The notes beneath the pieces are model-generated. The model ran no database searches. It saw only the letters and a list, made by a program, of their open reading frames with translations, and had not been told where the DNA came from. A stretch of DNA of 37,736 bases from Candidatus Parvarchaeota archaeon (GTDB lineage: Archaea; Nanobdellota; Nanobdellia; Parvarchaeales; Parvarchaeaceae): positions 1 to 37,736 of the forward strand of contig JAMCRO010000009.1 of NCBI GenBank assembly GCA_023380615.1, given 5' to 3'. Shown in pieces: positions 8,642 to 15,783 of this stretch. Numbering within the stretch: position 1 is the stretch's first letter; every line of letters starts with the position of its first letter. The translations under genes were made by a program, and so were the position numbers.

Positions 8642-9955
8642 ATGCCTTACAGCGTAGTAATTGGTAGAAACGAGAAAGACCACAAGGATTACGGTGATTT
8701 AGCCACTACATTGATAGGAAAGCAATACATAACAATGGGCAACGTAGTGAGCTTGGGAAATAACATAATGCTTGATGCATTAAGGCCGCATGTTGTCTTA
8801 ATAGCGGGAAAAAGAGGCTCGGGAAAAAGCTATACTATGGGGGTCATAGCAGAGGGTTTGGCTTCATTAGAGGAAGACACTGCAAACAGCATCACCTCAT
8901 TGATAATAGACACTATGGGCATATACTGGACGATGAAGAACCCGAATTACAAGGAAGCAGATCTGTTAAAGCAGTGGGGCTACCAGCCGACAGCTTTCAA
9001 AAACATAAACGTATTCGTTCCAAAGGGTGCTTTTGACAGGGTAAAGGAAGAAAACGTGGAGATGGCCGACTATCCATTTTCAATCTCCGCAAATGAGCTT
9101 TCAACTAGTGACTGGTGCGATATCTTCGGCTTTTCGATAAACGACGAATACGGCATACTGATTAACCAGGTATTGGAAGCACTGGAAGAAGACAAGCGGC
9201 CGTATGACTTAAAGGACATAATAGAAAACATAAATTCGCAGGTAACTACCTCCGATACCGTAAAAGAAGCGGTAAAGGAAAGGTTTGAGTCCGCTTTGGG
9301 ATGGGGCTTGTTTGAAAAGGAAGGAACAAAGATAGAGGATCTTCTTGTTCCTGGATACATAAACATCTTGGACATAAGCCTTTACGCCCATTCCTTGGGA
9401 GAATTCAGCTTGAGAGCTTTGGTTATAGGCTTGCTGTCTCAGAAGATACTGGAAATAAGAACGAAGCAGAGAAGGATAGAGGAATTGAATGAAATAAATT
9501 CAACGGAAATAACGGAAGAAGAGAAGAAAAAGACCATACCGATAGTTTGGATGTTCATAGACGAAGTTCATGAGTTCCTTCCGGCAAACAGCACAACTGC
9601 GGCAACTGCTTCATTATCAAGGGTAATAAAAGAAGGAAGGCAGCCTGGCATAGGCTTAGTAATAGCAACACAGCAACCTGGAAAATTAGACACGGACATA
9701 ATAACACAGTCTGATATCATAATATCGCAGCATGTAACCGCAAAATTGGACATAGATGCTTTGAACACAGTAATGCAAACATATATGTCCTCTGACATTC
9801 GAAAGTACCTAGTAGACCTGCCGAGATTGCCTGGTGCATGCATAATACTTGACGACAATTCCGAGAGAATATACCCTGTTCAGATAAGGCCTAGGCTGAC
9901 ATGGCACGGGGGAGAAACCCCCAGGTCAATAAGCAAAAAAGCACAGAACAAATAG
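8642..9955 (+). CDS. HerA/FtsK-superfamily P-loop ATPase (DUF87-like)
   Basis: 'RPHVVLIAGKRGSGKSYT' Walker A, 'IIDTMG', 'MFIDEVHEF' Walker B, 'KEGRQPG' Arg finger, 'ATQQP'. Confidence 0.9.
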   Translation: MPYSVVIGRNEKDHKDYGDLATTLIGKQYITMGNVVSLGNNIMLDALRPHVVLIAGKRGSGKSYTMGVIAEGLASLEEDTANSITSLIIDTMGIYWTMKNPNYKEADLLKQWGYQPTAFKNINVFVPKGAFDRVKEENVEMADYPFSISANELSTSDWCDIFGFSINDEYGILINQVLEALEEDKRPYDLKDIIENINSQVTTSDTVKEAVKERFESALGWGLFEKEGTKIEDLLVPGYINILDISLYAHSLGEFSLRALVIGLLSQKILEIRTKQRRIEELNEINSTEITEEEKKKTIPIVWMFIDEVHEFLPANSTTAATASLSRVIKEGRQPGIGLVIATQQPGKLDTDIITQSDIIISQHVTAKLDIDALNTVMQTYMSSDIRKYLVDLPRLPGACIILDDNSERIYPVQIRPRLTWHGGETPRSISKKAQNK

Positions 9956-9964
9956 AAAGAACAA

Positions 9965-10843
9965 ATGGAAAAGTATTACATTTTTGGGATAATAGCTGCG
10001 GTTGCCGTTTTTGCATTTGTCTTATTGCTTTTCGGTGTAGGAAAAAGCAGCCTTCCAAACAAAAGCGTGCCTTTGCAGGCATACGGCATTGCAAATTCAT
10101 CGCTGAAAAGTGCAGTCTATAATGACATTATTGGATTGCAGACCTATCAAAATGCAATACCGAATGGCAAACAATTGCTTTACAGCGTAAATTACAGCCT
10201 TTCAACCTCTGCTTCATTGTCAAACGGCAGCGGATCAAACAGCACGGAAAATGCAAAAGGGCACATACAAATGTTTCATGGACTAAACAGTAATTCAGAG
10301 GCATTTTCTAATTTTACAATATCCGTTCCATTGTCTTCAGGAATAGGTTATAACTTGACCTCTCTTTCATATGTTTTTGCCATTGGAAACAACACGGATT
10401 TGTGTTCAGGCTCTTCATCTACATTGGGAAAAGTGTCTTGCGGATCATTGAATCAAAGCATAGAAACCTTGGATTCAGGACTTTTTGAATCCCTAAATAT
10501 TAGCAGGATTTCATTGCTTGAAGCTTATAATACGACATACGATGGTTATCCCTGTCTGTTCACGGTTTCCACTTTTGCAATAGCTATAAACAGCAGCAAC
10601 AGTTCACTGATTGCAGGCAAAACGGGAAAAGAGGTTTTATCCGGAATATCAACAAGCTGCTTTTACAGAGACTACAACATAACTGTTTTAAACAGCCTGG
10701 CTGCAGATCTTTCGGTTTCAATGGAAATAAACGGGACTAACTTTACCTCAACGTCTTTTATCAGCTATAATGAATCACTGTCAAAAATAAGCAATTTCAA
10801 CTATGATATAAATCAGAACAGCCTTCCAAACAAAAGCATCTGA
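9965..10843 (+). CDS. Membrane-anchored Ser/Asn-rich surface protein
   Basis: N-terminal TM helix, numerous sequons, four Cys; starts 9 nt after the HerA-like stop. Confidence 0.8.
   Translation: MEKYYIFGIIAAVAVFAFVLLLFGVGKSSLPNKSVPLQAYGIANSSLKSAVYNDIIGLQTYQNAIPNGKQLLYSVNYSLSTSASLSNGSGSNSTENAKGHIQMFHGLNSNSEAFSNFTISVPLSSGIGYNLTSLSYVFAIGNNTDLCSGSSSTLGKVSCGSLNQSIETLDSGLFESLNISRISLLEAYNTTYDGYPCLFTVSTFAIAINSSNSSLIAGKTGKEVLSGISTSCFYRDYNITVLNSLAADLSVSMEINGTNFTSTSFISYNESLSKISNFNYDINQNSLPNKSI
10048..10837 (+). repeat. Exact 19-bp direct repeat CAGCCTTCCAAACAAAAGC at 10048-10066 and 10819-10837
   Basis: Read directly; the copies are 771 nt (257 codons) apart, in frame, and both encode SLPNKS. Confidence 0.93.
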
Positions 10844-10891
10844 AACAAAACGTTTTATGGATGCGAATGCATCTTAGTATTTGGTAAAAGT

Positions 10892-12658
10892 ATGATTTCA
10901 TTTCCTTTCAAATCAATGAGAAGCGGGCAGAGAGATATAGCCGAAGCAGTTGAAAAAACCGTAAAGGAAAGGGGAAAGCTAATAATACAGGCTTCAACTG
11001 GAATGGGGAAAACGGCAGCGGTTCTGTATGCCGCAGTAAAAGCCGCAAAGGAAAACAATCTTAAGGTTTTGTTCCTTACAGCAAAGCACACGCATCAAAA
11101 CATTGTGTATGACACAATGAAGAGGATAAACGAGTCTTCCTCTGAAAATGTTAGTTTTGCAGGCATAAACGGGAAAAGGTCCATGTGCCTTTTTGAGAAC
11201 AGCGTTGAGCCTTCGTTGTTCATAGAATTCTGCAGAGCAGTACGGGAGCAGAACATGTGTGATTTCTACAGCAATACGTTTACAAAAAGCAAGGACGTTA
11301 AGCCGGCAGTCATAGAAGCATTGTCTGGAAACATTTCGGATCCAAAAAGCGTGATGGAGACTGCAAGGGAGTTTGAGCTTTGCCCTTATGAGCTTTCGCT
11401 TCTTAATGCAAAGCAGTCTACAGTTGTGGTTGCAAACTACTCGCATGCCTTTGATCAGAGCATAGCTCTGGGCTTTACTATAAGAACCGGGATAGATCCC
11501 GGAAATACCATTTTAGTGGTTGACGAGGCGCACAATTTGCCGGCAAAGATACTGGACATGAACTCCTTTTCCATATCGCAGAGAAACCTTGAGAAGGCTT
11601 ATTCCGAAGCAAATCTAGCAGGCTACAATGACATTGCCGTGAAGATAGACAAAATAATAGCGGAAATAAGAAACGTTACACATGAAAGTATAGTAGACAT
11701 AAGGGGAATATTCAGTGAAGCTGATTTAGACAAAATGGAAGACATAGTAAAATTCCATGAAAAGGGGTACAACATACCTGCAGCGTTTATGCTGAAGAAT
11801 TTTACAGAAAAACTGCTTTCCGCCAAGGAAGAGGACATAATCTACGTTTCAATAGACGAGAAAGGAAGAAGAATAAACGTAAATTCACTGGATCCCGCAG
11901 ATTACTCAAAAGGCGTTATAGATTCCTTTTACTCAACCATATTAATGAGCGGAACATTCCGGCCGATAGAGATGTTTTCAAATCTCTTAGGTTTAGAGAA
12001 TCACGAAAGCCTGGAAGTAAAAGGGGATGCCGTAATTGACAATAGGCTTATGATAATAGACAAAGAAGTTACGTCTAGATTTTCAGCACGGGAGGAGCAA
12101 TACTCTAGAATAGCGGATTCCATAAATGACATGATGGAAAAAGCAAAGTACAACATGATATTTTTCTTCCCTTCCTATTCTTTCATGGACAGAATTTACT
12201 CGCTGATAAACGAAAAGGGGAGGATAATAAAGGAAGAGCAGAAGATGGAGAGGGAAAGGAAAAATGAGATAATGGAAAAGCTCTCTCTTTCAAGCTCCGT
12301 TCTGTTTGCAGTAATGAACGGTAATTTCTCCGAAAGCATAGGAATAAAGAACAACATGATAAAGCTGATAGGTATAGTCGGCGTTCCGTTTGAGCCGCCA
12401 TCAATAAAGCTAAGGGCAATGCAGATCTACTATGACAAAAAGATGGGCAACGGATTTGAGTATGCGCAGGTCCTTCCCACAATGATAAAGGTCATGCAGG
12501 CTGCCGGCCGAGGTATAAGGTCAAAGAACGACAAGTGTGCAATAGTGTTGATGGATTCAAGGTATGATACCCCCATATTCAAGAAATATCTGCCGAATGA
12601 CACAATTGCTGTTGATAGTGACACAATCTCCGTAATAAGGGAAAAAGGTTTTGCCTAA
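10892..12658 (+). CDS. xpd: XPD/Rad3 (DinG-family) Fe-S DNA helicase
   Basis: Q motif 'MRSGQ', 'ASTGMGKT', four Cys (MCLF, EFCR, MCDF, LCPY), 'VDEAHNL', 'MSGT', 'QAAGRGIRS', 'DSRY'. Confidence 0.92.
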   Translation: MISFPFKSMRSGQRDIAEAVEKTVKERGKLIIQASTGMGKTAAVLYAAVKAAKENNLKVLFLTAKHTHQNIVYDTMKRINESSSENVSFAGINGKRSMCLFENSVEPSLFIEFCRAVREQNMCDFYSNTFTKSKDVKPAVIEALSGNISDPKSVMETAREFELCPYELSLLNAKQSTVVVANYSHAFDQSIALGFTIRTGIDPGNTILVVDEAHNLPAKILDMNSFSISQRNLEKAYSEANLAGYNDIAVKIDKIIAEIRNVTHESIVDIRGIFSEADLDKMEDIVKFHEKGYNIPAAFMLKNFTEKLLSAKEEDIIYVSIDEKGRRINVNSLDPADYSKGVIDSFYSTILMSGTFRPIEMFSNLLGLENHESLEVKGDAVIDNRLMIIDKEVTSRFSAREEQYSRIADSINDMMEKAKYNMIFFFPSYSFMDRIYSLINEKGRIIKEEQKMERERKNEIMEKLSLSSSVLFAVMNGNFSESIGIKNNMIKLIGIVGVPFEPPSIKLRAMQIYYDKKMGNGFEYAQVLPTMIKVMQAAGRGIRSKNDKCAIVLMDSRYDTPIFKKYLPNDTIAVDSDTISVIREKGFA

Positions 12659-12990
12659 GATATATAACTGCCTTCCTTTATGTCCTTGTCAACGGTTAAA
12701 AGCGAAAGGTTTCCTTCGTCATCGGAAGCAGCCAAAAGCATGCCTTGAGACTGCAGGCCCATAAGCATTGCCGGTTTTAAATTGTCGATTATTATTATCT
12801 TTTTTCCGATTAAGTCGCTGCTTTTGTATTCCTTTCGTATGCCGCTTAGAATTGTTTTTTCCCTGTCACCCAAAGAAACCCTTATTTTTATCAGCTTGCT
12901 GCTTTTTTCCACGTCTTCCGCTTCAAGTATCTTTCCAACCTTAAGGTCAAGCTTCCTGAAAAGGTCAATGTCTATTTCTTCCTTTGTCAC
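12655..12990 (-). CDS. Stand-alone tRNA-binding OB-fold protein (Trbp111/CsaA/MetRS C-terminal domain)
   Basis: 'FRKLDLKVGKI', 'TILSGI', 'NLKPAMLMGLQSQGMLLAA'; GTG start; stop overlaps the xpd stop. Confidence 0.9.
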   Translation of the reverse strand: MTKEEIDIDLFRKLDLKVGKILEAEDVEKSSKLIKIRVSLGDREKTILSGIRKEYKSSDLIGKKIIIIDNLKPAMLMGLQSQGMLLAASDDEGNLSLLTVDKDIKEGSYIS

Positions 12991-12991
12991 T

Positions 12992-13501
12992 TTACTCCTC
13001 TACGTTTGAAAGATAAGCCGACATCCTTTCGACCATTTTTCTCATGTCTTGTATAAGAAGGTTGTAATTCTTCACGTATTCCCTTTGAGTATCCAATGCC
13101 CTAGAGTAATTCTCCAGGTCAGTCTGTGACTGTGTTATCCTTTTCTCTAATTCTTTTATGTCATCAAGTACTTTTTTGAAGTCGCTCATTTTTATGAAGG
13201 CAATTGATTTGCTGTTCGATTCTAGTCTTAAAGCATCCAATACGCTTATCCCCCCAGACCTGACTGGCTGGAGGTTAATGTCAGGAATCTTTACGCTTGG
13301 GACTGGTATAAGAGGAATTGAATAAGCAGGTTTTTGAGGCTGCTGGCCAGCTTGTACCTGTGATTGCGTTGCAGTGTTTTGAGCTGAGGTATTTTGTGGA
13401 TTAACATTTTGAGCAGTATTTTCAGGTGCAACAGGCTTAAGGTTGCTTTCCTTGTAATAAGGATTTACAGGTTCTTCCTTTTTCTTTTTGAAAAGTGCCA
13501 T
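12992..13501 (-). CDS. Hypothetical protein: Gln/Pro-rich linker plus C-terminal coiled coil
   Basis: 'MALFKKKK' start, low-complexity Q/N/P segment, heptad-patterned C-terminus after 'IAFIKMSDF'; ends 1 nt before the downstream start. Confidence 0.8.
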   Translation of the reverse strand: MALFKKKKEEPVNPYYKESNLKPVAPENTAQNVNPQNTSAQNTATQSQVQAGQQPQKPAYSIPLIPVPSVKIPDINLQPVRSGGISVLDALRLESNSKSIAFIKMSDFKKVLDDIKELEKRITQSQTDLENYSRALDTQREYVKNYNLLIQDMRKMVERMSAYLSNVEE

Positions 13502-13576
13502 ATTAATTAATTATTATACAGGTATATAAAAGTTTTAAGATTTTAAGCTTTTAATTGTAACATATCATAGATTAAT

Positions 13577-13744
13577 ATGCATTTAAAGGAAAAAGTCAAT
13601 GGGTTTGCAAACCTGCTTGTAATAGTATTTGCTGTTTTGTTTATAGCATTGCAGACAAGCCTTTTTGTCTCCACTGTACAGGTAAAAAGTAGCTTTAGAT
13701 GGCTTTTCAAAAGAATCCTTGCATTGAAGGCAGAGAAAGCATAA
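13577..13744 (+). CDS. Small single-TM protein (55 aa), not in the supplied ORF track
   Basis: Hand translation: MHLKEKVNGFANLLVIVFAVLFIALQTSLFVSTVQVKSSFRWLFKRILALKAEKA*; ATG start, hydrophobic core, basic amphipathic tail, AT-rich promoter-like upstream DNA. Confidence 0.6.
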   Translation: MHLKEKVNGFANLLVIVFAVLFIALQTSLFVSTVQVKSSFRWLFKRILALKAEKA

Positions 13745-13789
13745 TATTTTAACTTCTGTTGCAAATAACTTATATGCTGCATACTAAAA

Positions 13790-13860
13790 GCGCCAATAGT
13801 CTAGCAGCATAACTCTGGCTTCCCAAGCCAGCGACCCGGGTGCGAATCCCGGTTGGCGCA
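13790..13860 (+). tRNA. tRNA-Gly(CCC) with atypical D- and T-loops
   Basis: Acceptor GCGCCAA/TTGGCGC + A73; anticodon arm CTGGC-TTCCCAA-GCCAG; T-arm CCGGG-TGCGAAT-CCCGG; downstream T-tract. Confidence 0.92.
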
Positions 13861-13980
13861 TTTTTTAGCGCTTTTTTGCCGTTAAATAGAGCTCAAGACA
13901 AAAATTTTATAATAGATATATTTGTTAATCATATGTCTTTATTATCTAAATATATAACTATCTTGTATCGCCGTTTAATT

Positions 13981-14496
13981 CTAATTTAAAACCCTGTAAT
14001 GCAGCCTAACCTCATTCTTTGAGAACTTTTTCACCTGCAACAGTTCAAGCCTCTTTTCAAATTTTTCGTTTGCAAATATCGGTATGCCTTTTCCGAAAGC
14101 AATTGGTTCAACGTTGATGTAAAGCTCATTTACCAAACCTTCTTTCAAAAAGCTTGTGGCCAGTTTTCCTCCGGCCACCATGGCACTTTTGTATCCGTTG
14201 CTTTCTATGATTTTGATTATCTCTTTGGGTTTTTTATTAGCCATTATTACATTTTTCCATTCCTTTTTCAGCTTTATCTTGTGGCTTGTAACAACTATAT
14301 TAAAGCCGTCTAAAGGAAAATCATTGCTCTTTGAAGCCATGTTAAACGTGTTTCTTCCTATTACATTGACCTTGTACCTTTTAATCATCTTTAGGAAATC
14401 TGATCTGGCAAGCTCCGAGGAAAAATCACTGTTATCTAATCTAGCAATCATCCCATTGATTGAGACATGCATGTAAATTGCTACGTTGACTGACAT
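13981..14496 (-). CDS. Dihydrofolate reductase-like / RibD C-terminal domain protein
   Basis: 'SINGMIA', 'VIGRNTF', 'VVTS', 'VAGGKLATSFLKEGLVNELYINVEPIAFGKGIPIF', 'VRLHY'. Confidence 0.85.
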   Translation of the reverse strand: MSVNVAIYMHVSINGMIARLDNSDFSSELARSDFLKMIKRYKVNVIGRNTFNMASKSNDFPLDGFNIVVTSHKIKLKKEWKNVIMANKKPKEIIKIIESNGYKSAMVAGGKLATSFLKEGLVNELYINVEPIAFGKGIPIFANEKFEKRLELLQVKKFSKNEVRLHYRVLN

Positions 14497-15054
14497 CTAA
14501 CCCTCTAATAAAAGCTTTAGAGCCTCTTCTCTTGTTTCCTTGCTTTCCTTGAATACTCCTCGGATAGCGGAGCTCCTTGTTTCAGCGTTTCTTGACTTTA
14601 TCCCGCGCATTTCCATGCACATATGCCTTGCCTTTATTATGACTAAAACGCCCTTTGCTTTGACTTTTTCGCTAATGAAATCAGCTATTTCCTTTGTCAG
14701 TCTTTCCTGCACCTGCGGCTTAGATGCAAAGAATTTCGTTATCCTCGGGAACTTTGACAGGCCTAGGATCTCATCTCCAGGTATGTATGCTATTGAAACT
14801 GTTCCAAAGAAAGGCAGAAGATGGTGCTCGCACATTGAATAAAAGGGAATGTCCTTTACTGCTAAAATGTCGTTGTAACCGGGATTTTTGAACAGCGTTA
14901 TCTTAGGCTCATTGCCGTCATCCATCCCTGCAAATATTTCCTTGTATGATTTAGCAATCCTTTTTGGAGTATTCTTTAAAACTTCTGTATTTTCCTGAAT
15001 GCCTATTTCTTTTAGAACTTCCCTGAAAAGAGCTTCTATTTTATCCTCGTCCAT
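14497..15054 (-). CDS. folE: GTP cyclohydrolase IA
   Basis: 'NTPKRIAK', Zn ligands 'SMCEHHLLPFFG', 'GLSK', 'QVQERLT', 'ARHMCMEMRG'. Probable start ATG 15054. Confidence 0.95.
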   Translation of the reverse strand: MDEDKIEALFREVLKEIGIQENTEVLKNTPKRIAKSYKEIFAGMDDGNEPKITLFKNPGYNDILAVKDIPFYSMCEHHLLPFFGTVSIAYIPGDEILGLSKFPRITKFFASKPQVQERLTKEIADFISEKVKAKGVLVIIKARHMCMEMRGIKSRNAETRSSAIRGVFKESKETREEALKLLLEG

Positions 15055-15177
15055 TTTATTATAATGGAACTGCAAGTATTAAAATTATTATAAAACGTTC
15101 AAAACAAAATTATGCAAAAAATGGAAAACAAAGTAAATTGGTAAAATGTTAAATAGCTTGCTAATTTTAAATAAACA

Positions 15178-15606
15178 ATGGCAGAAGAGGAGATAGAATT
15201 GAAATGCACGATAGAATTGATGGGAAAGCCAAAGGAAGCTGTAATCGATTCTTTAAAGAAAATACTTTCAAACGTTGAAGAAAACGGAAAGAAATTAGAG
15301 ATCAAGGAGGAAAAATACGCAGAACCGAAGGAGGTAAAGGACGGCTTTTATTCCTCATTTGCAGACTTTAAGATTAAAGGAAATGTAGTAGATTTGTTCG
15401 GTTTTGTAATGGATTACGCTCCGTCTTCCATAGAGGTTTTAACTACAAAGGATACGAAGCTTTCTATAACGGATATGCAGGCCTTGTTAAACGATCTTTC
15501 AGGAAGGATGAATGAGATGGATCAGAGGCTTAAAATCTTTTCCGGCCAAACAATATTGCTTTCGCAGCAGTTAGAAGAATTAAAGAAGAAAATCGAGAAA
15601 AAGTAA
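15178..15606 (+). CDS. Conserved archaeal hypothetical protein
   Basis: 'IELMGKPKE', 'YSSFADF', 'MDYAPSSIEV' pattern that I recognise from uncharacterised euryarchaeal/DPANN proteins; C-terminal coiled coil. Confidence 0.75.
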   Translation: MAEEEIELKCTIELMGKPKEAVIDSLKKILSNVEENGKKLEIKEEKYAEPKEVKDGFYSSFADFKIKGNVVDLFGFVMDYAPSSIEVLTTKDTKLSITDMQALLNDLSGRMNEMDQRLKIFSGQTILLSQQLEELKKKIEKK

Positions 15607-15688
15607 TTTCCTTTTCAGTTATTCAAACTTTGATGCAAGTAAAAAAATAAAAGTATTTTTCACTCAAAATTGGTAAAGAATAAAAATA

Positions 15689-15783
15689 GAAACCTTTTTA
15701 AATACCTAATTTATTAAATCGTTAAGGCATCAAAGCCTTAGACACTTAAAATAAGTTAAGTCCGAGTAAAATGTGAGGTAAAC
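15689..15783 (+). promoter_or_regulatory. S-layer promoter (BRE/TATA), structured 5' leader and Shine-Dalgarno site
   Basis: GAAACC-TTTTTAAATA at about 15689-15704; hairpin TAAGGC-ATCAAA-GCCTTA (15723-15740); ACTTA-AAA-TAAGT (15744-15756); GTGAGGT 4 nt before the ATG. Confidence 0.7.

Noticed and set aside
13543-13782. 79-aa minus-strand ORF
   Set aside because: Shadow of the more protein-like plus-strand ORF 13577..13744.
13905-13950. Imperfect palindrome downstream of tRNA-Gly
   Set aside because: Nearly all A/T with mismatches; not distinguishable from background.
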